The position numbers and the translations under genes were made by a program. Positions 9,446 through 18,848 of a DNA stretch of 57,499 nucleotides are shown here, one piece after another. This stretch comes from Desulfurococcales archaeon (GTDB lineage: Archaea > Thermoproteota > Thermoprotei_A > Sulfolobales > NBVN01), in NCBI GenBank assembly GCA_015521295.1, contig WAOL01000065.1:1-57499 (forward strand), read 5' to 3'. Below the pieces are notes generated by a model that did no database searches, had not been told where the DNA came from, and saw nothing but the letters and a program-made list of their open reading frames with translations. Position 1 is the stretch's first letter, and each line of letters opens with the position of its first letter.

Positions 9446-12145
9446 ATAGGGCAAAGCATAGGATTACTAAGGCAGGGGAGTAGAGCAGTACGTAATCGAA
9501 GGCATAGAACGCTCTTTGATTACGTGAGGAAAGCCAGCACGCTCCAGACCGAGGTTAACGGCGTGAGGTTCCGCATAGTTAAGAAGAACAGCGCTGTTCG
9601 TGAGTACTTGCTTGTTTCTAGGAAATGGAAGATTGTGAGTAAGCTCAGTTCAGCTTACTTACTGGGTTCCTACTACGACGGGAAGGCCGCTAAGGTATAC
9701 CTGAAATTCTATAGTGAAGCCGATGACATGGTTTACGTGTGGTATGATAGGACTGGTCACCTGCCGTACTTCATAACGGACCTCACAGTCGATGAAGTGA
9801 ATTCAAACAGACGTGTCGTTGAGGATAACTCATTTGTGAGGGTTGAATCAATAAGGAGGTATGATCTCCTCCGCGGTAAGGAAGTCACTATGACTAAGAT
9901 CGTTGTTAAGGATCCTCAGGCTGTACCTAGGTTAAGGAAAGTCGTAGGAAGAGCTTGGGAAGCGAAGATAAAGTATCATGATAACTACCTTTTCGATAAT
10001 GGCTTGATACCGGGTATGAAGTACAATGTTGAGAATGGACGTCCCATCCAAATAGCGCAGAAGGTACCCGAGAAGGTATTAAAGCTGTACAAAGCTGCGA
10101 TAAGTGATAACCCAGCATCCATTGACTTCGCTATGAGGTTAGCTCCTCTCTTCGAATCCAAGCCTCCTAAGATAAGGCGCCTAGCAGTAGACATCGAGGT
10201 CTACACTCCCTTCAGGGGGAGGGTTCCGGATCCGGAGAAGACGCCCTACCCCGTAATAAGCATTGCCCTGGCCGGTAGCGATGGGTTACGTAAGGTGTTA
10301 GTTCTGGCTCGAGAAGGTATTCGGTGGGGTAGGTATGAGGACATACCGCAGGACTTTGAAGTAGAACTCTTTGACAGTGAACGTGCCTTACTCATTGAAG
10401 CTTTCAGGATAATTAACGAATACCCATTACTCATATCGTTCAACGGTGATGGCTTCGACCTTCCATACCTCTTCAACCGCGCAGTGATGCTTGGGATAGA
10501 CCCGGACACAATACCCATAGTTAGCGTCAGGGACTTCATTTCAATACGCCACGGATTCCACATAGACCTCTATAGGTTCTTCAGCATAGAAGCCATCCAG
10601 AACTACGCGTTCGGATCTGCATACAAGGACAAGACCCTTGACGCGATAGCTAGTGCTCTCCTAGGGGAAGCTAAGGTAGTGATAGAGGAAAGCATAAGCG
10701 ACCTCATGCTTTCGAAGCTGATAGAATATAACGCCAAGGACGCAGAGCTAACGCTGAGACTTACGACATTTAGCGACGAGCTGGTGTGGAAGTTAATGAT
10801 ACTGATAATGCGTTTAGCGAAGATGAGTTTAGAGGACGTAACACGACGCAAGGTTTCAGCATGGGTAAAGAACCTAATGTACTGGGAACACAGGCGGAGA
10901 GGGTACTTAATACCAAATGAGGACGAGTTACTGAGCCTCAAAGGGAACGTGAAGACGGCAGCCAAGATAGGCGGGAAGCGCTACGCTGGCGCAATAGTAA
11001 TAGATCCCGTTCCCGGAGTTTACTTCAATGTTACGGTCTTGGACTTCGCTTCCCTATATCCCAGTATAATTAAAGTATGGAACCTCAGTTACGAGACAAT
11101 AGACCCTCCGGAAGGCTGGTGCCCGGAAGGAGGCCTGAAGGAAATACGGGATGAGAAAGGTAATGTGTTGCATACGGTGTGTATTAGCAGGCGTGGCATA
11201 ACATCTGAAATAGTTGGTTTGCTCCGGGATTTCAGGGTTGGTGTCTACAAGAAGTTGGCTAAGAGCGAGGAAGTGCCGGAAGGGCTTAGAGGATGGTATA
11301 GCGTTGTTCAAGCTGCTATGAAGGTGTACATCAATGCCAGTTATGGTGTCTTCGGTCACGAGAAATTCCCGTTCTACACCCCCTCCTTGGCAGAGTCAGT
11401 AACGGCGCTGGGCAGGTACGTCATAACCTCAACGCTACGCAAGGCCAGAAAACTTGGTTTGAAGGTGCTCTACGGTGACACCGACTCATTATTCCTTTGG
11501 AGCCCAAGCCAGGATAAGCTACAAGAACTCATAGGGTGGGTTGATAAGCAATTCCGGCTTGACCTAGAAGTGGATAAGGAATACAAGTACGTGGCATTCG
11601 CACTGAAGAAGAACTATATCGGCGTACGAACCAATGGTAAGGTCGACGTTAAGGGGATGGTCGGGAAGAAAAAGAATGTCCCCAGATTACTCCAAGATAC
11701 GTTCGTGAAGGTAGTTCAACTAATAAGTAGTATAGAGCCTGATCCAGTAACGCTGGATAGAGTTAAGCAGGAACTTAAGAACACTGTTCAAGAACTCTAC
11801 AACAGGCTAAAGAGCAGGGACTTCACCCTCGATGAGGTAGCGTTCAAGACAACCCTCAATAAACCCATAGAGGCATACACAAAAACAACACCGATTCACG
11901 TTAAGGCAGCTATACAGCTGAGTAGGTATGGTCTAATGGTGGGTAAGGGTGATATAGTACTGTACGTTAAGACCAGAACGAAGGATAAGGTGAAGGCAAT
12001 ACAACTGGCTAAGCTAGACGACGTTGACGTGGATGAATACATTGAGGCAACGAAGTCAGTACTTCAACAACTTCTTCTGCCGTTCAACATACCTTGGGAG
12101 GAAATAGCTGGTGGGAGAGGGTTATTTAGTTTCGTTACGCGTTAA
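9446..12145 (+). CDS. polB1: Family B DNA polymerase PolB1; true start uncertain (upstream of GTG 9524)
   Basis: ExoI DIEV, FNGDGFD, DFASLYPS, K..IN..YG, YGDTDS; N-terminal RTLFDY PIP-like motif is encoded at 9506-9523. Start coordinate is tentative. Confidence 0.96.
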   Translation: MGQSIGLLRQGSRAVRNRRHRTLFDYVRKASTLQTEVNGVRFRIVKKNSAVREYLLVSRKWKIVSKLSSAYLLGSYYDGKAAKVYLKFYSEADDMVYVWYDRTGHLPYFITDLTVDEVNSNRRVVEDNSFVRVESIRRYDLLRGKEVTMTKIVVKDPQAVPRLRKVVGRAWEAKIKYHDNYLFDNGLIPGMKYNVENGRPIQIAQKVPEKVLKLYKAAISDNPASIDFAMRLAPLFESKPPKIRRLAVDIEVYTPFRGRVPDPEKTPYPVISIALAGSDGLRKVLVLAREGIRWGRYEDIPQDFEVELFDSERALLIEAFRIINEYPLLISFNGDGFDLPYLFNRAVMLGIDPDTIPIVSVRDFISIRHGFHIDLYRFFSIEAIQNYAFGSAYKDKTLDAIASALLGEAKVVIEESISDLMLSKLIEYNAKDAELTLRLTTFSDELVWKLMILIMRLAKMSLEDVTRRKVSAWVKNLMYWEHRRRGYLIPNEDELLSLKGNVKTAAKIGGKRYAGAIVIDPVPGVYFNVTVLDFASLYPSIIKVWNLSYETIDPPEGWCPEGGLKEIRDEKGNVLHTVCISRRGITSEIVGLLRDFRVGVYKKLAKSEEVPEGLRGWYSVVQAAMKVYINASYGVFGHEKFPFYTPSLAESVTALGRYVITSTLRKARKLGLKVLYGDTDSLFLWSPSQDKLQELIGWVDKQFRLDLEVDKEYKYVAFALKKNYIGVRTNGKVDVKGMVGKKKNVPRLLQDTFVKVVQLISSIEPDPVTLDRVKQELKNTVQELYNRLKSRDFTLDEVAFKTTLNKPIEAYTKTTPIHVKAAIQLSRYGLMVGKGDIVLYVKTRTKDKVKAIQLAKLDDVDVDEYIEATKSVLQQLLLPFNIPWEEIAGGRGLFSFVTR

Positions 12146-12941
12146 TCCCCTCAATGCGTCCTCCAAGCCCTTTTAACTCGTTAATCAGTCTTTTCACAAC
12201 TTCATCAACTGTTCGCTTAACCCCCTCGAGGTTTTCAGAAGCACCCATCACATAAACGTCTAGCACAGGTGCCCTTATCTCATGACCCTTAGGGTGGGTC
12301 TTTATGTATACATTGCCGTAAGCCTTCAAGATCTTCTTAACTATCGGTGCAACGGAAGATTCAGGAATACCAATAACTCTAAACATACGCTCTACAATAT
12401 GAATTTCCGGAAATAGCTTGCGGAGCCTAGGCTCGACCCAGTTTTCCCACATCGCCTCTAACTCTCGGGGAACCCCCGGCAAAGACACTATTATAGTTCC
12501 ACTAACCTCAAGCCAGCATCCGGGTGCCGTACCCACGTTATTCGGTATCGGAATACTGCCTTCAGGAAGATAAGCCATCTTAACTCTATCCTCCGTTAGC
12601 TCAAGCCCTTTCTCGGAGTACTTTTCCCGCACCATCATCAGAGCCTCCTCATTCAGTACAAGATTTAGTCCCGCAGCCTTCGCTACAGCCTCTAACGTGC
12701 GGTCGTCGTACGTAGGTCCTAAGCCACCAGTCGTTACGATTAAGGTTGGCTTCTTACTCATTACGTACTTAAGGAACTCCGTAACAAGCGATACGTCATC
12801 AACAAGCGATATGTTCCCTCGCACGTCGAAGCCTAACAGCGTTAATCTCCTGCCAAGGTATGATGCGTTAGTATTAACTACCCTCCCTTGAACAACCTCG
12901 TTACCTAGCGTGAATAACCATGCTGAGCGGGGCGCTCTCAT
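12135..12941 (-). CDS. CinA-like molybdopterin-binding-domain protein
   Basis: GNEVVQGRVVNTNA, TTGGLGPTYDDRT, GTAPG, LPGVPRE. Confidence 0.9.
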   Translation of the reverse strand: MRAPRSAWLFTLGNEVVQGRVVNTNASYLGRRLTLLGFDVRGNISLVDDVSLVTEFLKYVMSKKPTLIVTTGGLGPTYDDRTLEAVAKAAGLNLVLNEEALMMVREKYSEKGLELTEDRVKMAYLPEGSIPIPNNVGTAPGCWLEVSGTIIVSLPGVPRELEAMWENWVEPRLRKLFPEIHIVERMFRVIGIPESSVAPIVKKILKAYGNVYIKTHPKGHEIRAPVLDVYVMGASENLEGVKRTVDEVVKRLINELKGLGGRIEGINA

Positions 12942-13516
12942 TGCTCGGTTCCCGATACTATATACGCAACCCTATGTATAATGGTTATTATGCACAAAGC
13001 TATGGAGACCCAGACAATGATTGTCGCTATTCTAACGTAACCCATGCATAGCAGGATTAGCGCGGTGCCGATCGCTATTATGCGGTCACCCCTTTCCATG
13101 AGGCCTACACCCTCCATCTTCAGTCCTAATGCCTCACCTCTAGCCCTAGCATAGCTTATGAGGAACGCCGTAATCACGAAGAGGAATGCCGGAACCCAAT
13201 CTATGCCTAGGAGCTTAAGCGTCAATATGTATGCAGCGTCAGCTACGCGGTCGCTAAAGGAATCCAGGAACGCTCCCTTTTTGCTAATGTTTCCCGTCGC
13301 CTTCGCTACGGCGCCATCTAGGAAATCGAAGGTGGCGGAAAGGATCATTAGAGCTAAGGAGGACCACGGATTAAATAAAATCGCAACTACTGGGGTGAGT
13401 ATGGAGAATACTAATCCCGCAACAGTTAACGCGTTAGGCGATATCCCAATCTTGCTTAGGCTTCTTCCCAAGGCCTCAGCTAACGGCCTTACGGATTCTC
13501 TTAAACGAGTCAGCAT
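12938..13516 (-). CDS. CDP-alcohol phosphatidyltransferase (archaetidylinositol-phosphate synthase-like)
   Basis: SPNALT, DFLDGAVAK....S.KGAFLDSFSDR, SYARARGE. Confidence 0.92.
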   Translation of the reverse strand: MLTRLRESVRPLAEALGRSLSKIGISPNALTVAGLVFSILTPVVAILFNPWSSLALMILSATFDFLDGAVAKATGNISKKGAFLDSFSDRVADAAYILTLKLLGIDWVPAFLFVITAFLISYARARGEALGLKMEGVGLMERGDRIIAIGTALILLCMGYVRIATIIVWVSIALCIITIIHRVAYIVSGTEQ

Positions 13517-13663
13517 GGATACTCACCGTACCTCCTACTCTCACTGATTACATTCCTCTGGGAAGGGAGACGTAATTACTTTTCTTTTAGCCATGAGACG
13601 GAAGATTACCTAAACTCCCATTGAATCAGAATTTAAAATACCTTAATGACCCTATAAACAGGG

Positions 13664-13724
13664 ATGTTGAGGAATCCGGGAACTGACTGCATTGAATGAT
13701 GTCAGCTGCCGGCTGAAAACCTGA
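13664..13724 (+). ncRNA. Probable box C/D sRNA (target unassigned)
   Basis: C-like ATGTTGA, 12-nt guide, D' CTGA 13683, C' ATGATGT 13696, D CTGA 13713 or 13721; intergenic. Confidence 0.65.
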
Positions 13725-13775
13725 ACAAATAACCTATTTACCCCCTACGCACTACTTATCCCCGTGTGAATAGGC

Positions 13776-14093
13776 ATGGCTAAGGTAAAGAAACTAGTAC
13801 TGGTAACGAGTAAATCTCACCCACTCAATAAGCACTTCAGCAAGCTGGCTGAGAGGCTATCCAAGGAACTAAAGCTTGAGTTAGAGGTTAGGGAGGAGGA
13901 CTACGTTTACCTAACCGAGCATGGTGAGACAGACGAATTAGGATTAACGTGGCTTCCTCAGCTACTTGCCGAACTTGAAGACGGCACAGTGATAAAGGTA
14001 CTTACGCAACCTAACCTAACTAGTCAAGGGAAATTAGATGAAGAGAAGGACCACAACATAGCTATGGATGCACTACGACCCTACCTAGAATGA
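13776..14093 (+). CDS. Hypothetical protein (possibly thioredoxin-like fold, no CxxC)
   Basis: 105-aa ORF with ATG start; EDYVYLTEHGETDELGLTWLPQL segment. Confidence 0.75.
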   Translation: MAKVKKLVLVTSKSHPLNKHFSKLAERLSKELKLELEVREEDYVYLTEHGETDELGLTWLPQLLAELEDGTVIKVLTQPNLTSQGKLDEEKDHNIAMDALRPYLE

Positions 14094-14233
14094 TGAATGA
14101 TTGCGGATGAAAACAGATCGAGAACCTAGTTTTACTTTAAAGCGAATAAATTCCAGGGGAGTTACCCATATTATAGGTAAGATGCTGTGTGAGCACTATG
14201 GCGAGTAGTGGTAAGCAGTCATGGTGACTGAAG

Positions 14234-14560
14234 ATGTCCTCAGTATTCGTAATGGCTTCGGACAACCATGAGATTAAGCGTCACTGTAGCTTTGAGGATG
14301 CAGTTCATTTCTGCTTAGACTTCATGATTAATTCCACATGTGACGCGCCGGAAACGTTAACAGTAATGAGGTATAGTGCGTTACCTGAGCAGTGTCAGAA
14401 AGACAAGTCAAAAGTAAGTTTAATCAATAGTATGGTATTCCTCAAGAAAGATGCTGATGAGCAGAGGTTTTGTGTCGTTGTAGAGACTAGTAAAGAGGTT
14501 GATTTAAGGGAATTACGGGATATGGTAATGTGCGTCATTACGCTTTCTCGCTGGTACTAA
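14234..14560 (+). CDS. Hypothetical protein
   Basis: 108-aa ORF filling an otherwise empty gap; no family recognised. Confidence 0.45.
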   Translation: MSSVFVMASDNHEIKRHCSFEDAVHFCLDFMINSTCDAPETLTVMRYSALPEQCQKDKSKVSLINSMVFLKKDADEQRFCVVVETSKEVDLRELRDMVMCVITLSRWY

Positions 14561-14656
14561 TCTCAGACAGCTGATTAACTGAGAGGATACCATCGTTGAG
14601 GTCAGTATTATAGCCTCGATGCACCTGTAGGTAATGGTAGTGAGTATGTGTTAATA

Positions 14657-14714
14657 ATGATGAGTGGTGTCCTAAAGGACCCTAAATGGGGATGAAGAAA
14701 GGACCACTAGCTGA
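14657..14714 (+). ncRNA. Probable box C/D sRNA
   Basis: C ATGATGA, 12-nt guide, degenerate D' AGGA, hairpin CCC-TAAAT-GGG, C' ATGAAGA 14692, 12-nt guide, D CTGA 14711. Confidence 0.7.
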
Positions 14715-14726
14715 AACCTCGGGTTA

Positions 14727-16736
14727 TCAGCTCCCGAGGTCAAGGAAGTCGGGGAAGTTCTCTAGAGTTAATTCAGCTTTCCTGGCCTTCCTGCTTCTGG
14801 CTCTCCTAGCACTTCGTTGAAGCTCTAATATGAACGAGTGCTTTCTCCTGGGCCTGCCTTTGGGGTTGTTAAGTAATTGAGGAATCAGAAGCCTCTCAGT
14901 GAATACCTCCGCGATAGGGCATGCTTCTATGCACGCTTTGCAACCTATGCATCTTCTGGGATCCACTACGGGACGACCTTCCTTTACCTTGATGGCGTTC
15001 GTCGGGCACCAGATCTCACAACTACCGCATGAGCAACATTTACTCCACCTAACCATAATCTTAAGTACATCAAAGGCAGTTTCTCTGGCATCGGGACCCT
15101 GAACTTCCACCTCATTAGGGCGTACTATGATGGTATTGCCTGACTTCCTAAGTGTGAGGGCACAGTCATCGTTAGGGTTATTGCTGCATACTTTCTCGGG
15201 TGGTGTGTCAGCTATGATGCTCCATTGCTCACATATGCTATCTAGGCTTAGTTGCCCATTGATTATCCTTATCCTATAATGATCCTCGCTTAGGGAGATA
15301 GGAGCCAGTGAGAGCCCACTGACCCTTTCGTAGAGTAATCGCCAGTCGCTGGGTTTCTTTATCCCTAACCAAGACTCCAGCCTTCTCCTTCCCTGAGACA
15401 GAGGGTTTAACCATCGCCATAAGTGGTACCTTATCCAGAGGTCACTCTCGTTGAGTCTTTCCTTCCACTCAATTAGCACGTGTTCCCATCTCCGCCAGCA
15501 CTCCGGGTAATTTCTCTCAACCATGTAATACTCAGCAATGTTACCTGCCGGACACATGAAGCACCCAAGCCTATCGAATCCTTTAAAGTAGAGTTCGTTT
15601 ACCGGGAGCCTCCTCTGTAGTATGTAAAACCATACTGTCAGTTGATCCCATTCCTGCAGCGGTGATATGTTGAGCGCGGCCGGCAGCCATCGATTGCGCC
15701 ACACCGCACCCGACCTGGACCTATCGACCGACTCGAAGGCCCGCTGACCTATTATTGCTAATAATCCGTTGGGGAAGTACTTCTTGTAGATTCGGGCGAT
15801 AGGAGCCATCTTAACTACTTTGCAACACCAGCGATAGTCCTTGGCAGGCGGGCCAAAGATGTTTACCGAGTCCCAGAACTTGTTGCCGGCTGACGCGGTG
15901 AGTAGCCTAAGGCCAAACTTATGGGCCACGTCATCAACGTTCTTGAGCGTCGGCGGAAGTTCGAGTCCGGTATCGTTAAACAGGATTACTGGTTCCAGCC
16001 CTGCTTCCATGGTTAGGGAGAGTGCCGTGATTGAGTCCTTACCTCCTGAGTAGGAAACCACTGGTGGGAGACCCGTTTTCTCTGCCATCATCACTAGGTT
16101 CTTAATAGCTTTCGATAATCTACTCCTTACCCAAAGGTCATTGCATTTCTCAAAGAGATTGAAGGAAGATGGCTTCCTTATTATTTCTCCCACTTGCTCC
16201 TTGAATACTGTCTGAACTCTGTAACGTCCGCGCCTAACGACGGCCAGTGCTACAGGTTCTCCCGAATTATCGATCACTACCGCCTGATTCCCTTCCCTGT
16301 CTCCGGGTCCTAAGTCCATTAGTGGCTTTGCCTTCCCCACCTTGAATGCACGTATCAGCCCTAAGTCCAGGGCTATTGGCGCGCTTACCTTATTAAGTCG
16401 CCAACGCCAAGCATACGTTGAGGGATCAAAGTACAGTCTGCCAACTATCGTGCCTCCCGAAATAACCTCCTTCATATCATCATAATGTGGTGTCTTATTC
16501 AGGTACACTGCGCCATCAACTATGAGTTCCCTATAGAGGGCATCACTCCCGAACTCGTACAGCATGGCTTCCCTAATTAGTGATAGGTCACTTGCGAACG
16601 CCGGTCTCGCGTCTCCGGGCTCCGATATGTTGACCTTAAATCCCTCACCCCCGCATCGGCTACATATCCTCTGCCTCAGCGGGACGTTGCAATTAGGGCA
16701 CCAATAAAGCGTCAGCGTCACTCCCCAAGGTCTCAC
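14727..16736 (-). CDS. PAPS-reductase-family (PP-loop) protein with N-terminal Zn finger and C-terminal 4Fe-4S dicluster
   Basis: WCPNCNVP..CSRC; SYSGGKDS; RWCCKVVK; RLGCFMCP; CxxCxxCxxxCP twice. Confidence 0.88.
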   Translation of the reverse strand: MRPWGVTLTLYWCPNCNVPLRQRICSRCGGEGFKVNISEPGDARPAFASDLSLIREAMLYEFGSDALYRELIVDGAVYLNKTPHYDDMKEVISGGTIVGRLYFDPSTYAWRWRLNKVSAPIALDLGLIRAFKVGKAKPLMDLGPGDREGNQAVVIDNSGEPVALAVVRRGRYRVQTVFKEQVGEIIRKPSSFNLFEKCNDLWVRSRLSKAIKNLVMMAEKTGLPPVVSYSGGKDSITALSLTMEAGLEPVILFNDTGLELPPTLKNVDDVAHKFGLRLLTASAGNKFWDSVNIFGPPAKDYRWCCKVVKMAPIARIYKKYFPNGLLAIIGQRAFESVDRSRSGAVWRNRWLPAALNISPLQEWDQLTVWFYILQRRLPVNELYFKGFDRLGCFMCPAGNIAEYYMVERNYPECWRRWEHVLIEWKERLNESDLWIRYHLWRWLNPLSQGRRRLESWLGIKKPSDWRLLYERVSGLSLAPISLSEDHYRIRIINGQLSLDSICEQWSIIADTPPEKVCSNNPNDDCALTLRKSGNTIIVRPNEVEVQGPDARETAFDVLKIMVRWSKCCSCGSCEIWCPTNAIKVKEGRPVVDPRRCIGCKACIEACPIAEVFTERLLIPQLLNNPKGRPRRKHSFILELQRSARRARSRKARKAELTLENFPDFLDLGS

Positions 16737-16787
16737 AGATAGTCACCTAACCATTGTGTTCAAGCACATTTTTTAAGCCTCCCAATT

Positions 16788-17066
16788 TTGCGGGTGGCAA
16801 CCTTGGACGTAGTGACGTTCGTTAGGAACTTGACGGTACAGATAATGGCTATCGCGTGGGCACTGTTCCTAGTGTCCTGGGTCGTAGGGTGGGCTGTTCG
16901 GGGCTCGCCCGTACCCATACATAGGGTGAAGAAGGCTGGGCAGTCGCTGGTAGAGGATGCTGTAATGGCGGCTTTCTGGATGGCGGTGGGCTCCTCAATA
17001 TTCGCACTAATTTCGTACCTAACGTCAAACCTCTACCAGCCATTACCCCCTCCGCCAAAGCCCTGA
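16788..17066 (+). CDS. cedA1: CedA1-like DNA-import pilin/small membrane protein
   Basis: AWALFLVSWVVGWAVRGSPVPI.RVKK.GQ.LVEDAV.AAFW.A.GS; two TMs; directly upstream of a CedA-like gene. Confidence 0.85.
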   Translation: MRVATLDVVTFVRNLTVQIMAIAWALFLVSWVVGWAVRGSPVPIHRVKKAGQSLVEDAVMAAFWMAVGSSIFALISYLTSNLYQPLPPPPKP

Positions 17067-17079
17067 GCGGTGGGTACCC

Positions 17080-18423
17080 TTGGAAATACTGTTGCTAGCC
17101 ATGGACATAGCCATGCTAACATACGTGATCGGCGTGCTAATACTTGCATTGCCAATACCGCTTAGGTCAGTCAAGCGGTGGGGACCCAGATTAATAGCTG
17201 ACGCCATAGCTGCGGTGATTCTAGCGTCCTCAGCCACGCTGATACTATACCTCGGCAATGAATTGCTAAGAGTTGTAGGCGCAGACTGGCCTTCCTTCTA
17301 TGCATGGTTAAGTGCTCGAACAGCAGCACTAGGCGGTGTTTTTGCCGGCCTAACATACGCTGCCTCCTTCATTAAGTCAACAGAGTACTCTTACCTTTCA
17401 TCACCATTGAAGATGGCAGCATCGTTTCTAGCCACTTCGTTCTCCGCGCTTCGCGGGCTGTACCTGCTTTCGTCCTTTATCTATATATATAGGGACAAGC
17501 TGACGAGTATAGGGATACTGCTATATTCACTCCCCTTCCGTATCGGGAAAGGTGTTGGGGCTTTCTTCATAGCGGCATCTCTCATTATGTATGTTGGCAT
17601 GCCATTACTGCCTGCCTTCGTGTCGTCCTTCGAAAACGTAACCGTCGCCAGCGGGTTTAAGTGGAACTCCGAAACTATTAGGATACAGGTTGTTGACGCG
17701 TTAGGGAACCCGGTGCCTTACCCTGTACTTAATTTCTATAGTGAGAATTCCCTCGGAAAACCCGTGGGGATAATCGTAGGTGATGAAGCAGGACGTGCGG
17801 TCATAGGTGATGGTCTGGACGCATTACCTGAGAATTTCAAACTCAATGTAAAGGTGTTGTTCATGGGATACATAATAACGCCGAGTCCAAGTGTGATTAA
17901 GCATGGAGACAGTAATGTTAAGCTGGTGCTTAAGAGTTTGGTATACTCCTCTGGGGCAGCCCTGTTAATACCTTGGGGAACCGAAATTATATATTGTAAC
18001 GTAACCCCCGGAAGGATCTCTGTGGACCTATACACGGATACCGGCTTCACGACCTACTTAACCGTTGTAAAGGGGGCGAACGTGTCAGCAATAATGCTCG
18101 ACGGGAGTACCTTAACCTGTAACTTCACAGAGAGATTCTGGGCAGGAATATTAATGAAGGACTGCATGTTCCCCACCCCCTCAGGCGAGCACAACATAAC
18201 GGTTGAGTATACCCCATCCTTCTATGCTAAGCCTAGCGTAAATGAGAAGCGAATAACGTATCTGAGTTCGATATTCGACATAATCACAGGAATATTGACC
18301 CTCTGTATATCCTTCCTTTACGCCCTAGTATTCCTGCCAGGGGTATACTTAGCAATACTTCTCGCAATGTCGGCCGCATTAGCACGGGTCCTTGGTGGCG
18401 GACTAAAGCTTAAGCTGGTGTAA
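17080..18423 (+). CDS. cedA: CedA DNA-import membrane protein with extended C-terminal domain
   Basis: LTY.IG.LI.ALPIP...VKRWG..LI.DAI and LYSLPFRIGK..GA motifs; multi-TM. Confidence 0.85.
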   Translation: MEILLLAMDIAMLTYVIGVLILALPIPLRSVKRWGPRLIADAIAAVILASSATLILYLGNELLRVVGADWPSFYAWLSARTAALGGVFAGLTYAASFIKSTEYSYLSSPLKMAASFLATSFSALRGLYLLSSFIYIYRDKLTSIGILLYSLPFRIGKGVGAFFIAASLIMYVGMPLLPAFVSSFENVTVASGFKWNSETIRIQVVDALGNPVPYPVLNFYSENSLGKPVGIIVGDEAGRAVIGDGLDALPENFKLNVKVLFMGYIITPSPSVIKHGDSNVKLVLKSLVYSSGAALLIPWGTEIIYCNVTPGRISVDLYTDTGFTTYLTVVKGANVSAIMLDGSTLTCNFTERFWAGILMKDCMFPTPSGEHNITVEYTPSFYAKPSVNEKRITYLSSIFDIITGILTLCISFLYALVFLPGVYLAILLAMSAALARVLGGGLKLKLV

Positions 18424-18426
18424 GCC

Positions 18427-18588
18427 ATGCGTACGGCAGTGAGGTTAGCACTAGTGCTGGGAGCTGTGATTACTGCTGTGTTAAGCATGCATCCCTCTCT
18501 GGAAGTGTTGTGTTTAACGGTCATCATCACCTTGCTTTACGTGATTAGCGAGTATGTAATGTATAGGATTAGCGAGAAACCTACTTGA
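18427..18588 (+). CDS. 53-aa two-TM protein, candidate CedA2
   Basis: ATG 3 nt after the cedA stop; MRTAVRLALVLGAVITAVLSMHPSLEVLCLTVIITLLYVISEYVMYRISEKPT; absent from the ORF track. Confidence 0.6.
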   Translation: MRTAVRLALVLGAVITAVLSMHPSLEVLCLTVIITLLYVISEYVMYRISEKPT

Positions 18589-18832
18589 ATTCCAGCACAT
18601 CGACCTTATACCAGTTGACCTTGCCTCTCAGGAGATCCTCAACAGAGCGTGCGTCACCCTCCACTGCTATGTAATAGACTTCCTTAAGTACGTGACTTCG
18701 TTTACTTTCGAGAACCTTAAATTCCTTAGCGATCTTATTTATGATATCCTTCGCTATATTCTCATCGAATGTGGTGAAGAATATTGTGGTCTTTACGTAA
18801 CCTTTCGACCCTTTAGCAGTTTCCCCGCTCAC
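18581..18832 (-). CDS. Hypothetical small protein
   Basis: 83-aa ORF with SD GGTGA; last gene of a minus-strand operon. Confidence 0.7.
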   Translation of the reverse strand: MSGETAKGSKGYVKTTIFFTTFDENIAKDIINKIAKEFKVLESKRSHVLKEVYYIAVEGDARSVEDLLRGKVNWYKVDVLEFK

Positions 18833-18848
18833 TGAGCACTCACCTAAA

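Noticed and set aside
14090..14130. ATGATGA overlapping the stop of ORF 13776-14093 as a C box
   Set aside because: No convincing C' or D boxes at the right spacing
14562..14621. Two short hairpins (TCTCAG/CTGAGA; CATCG..GAGG/CCTCGATG) as an H/ACA RNA
   Set aside because: No kink-turn or ACA box identifiable; the stems are short enough to arise by chance
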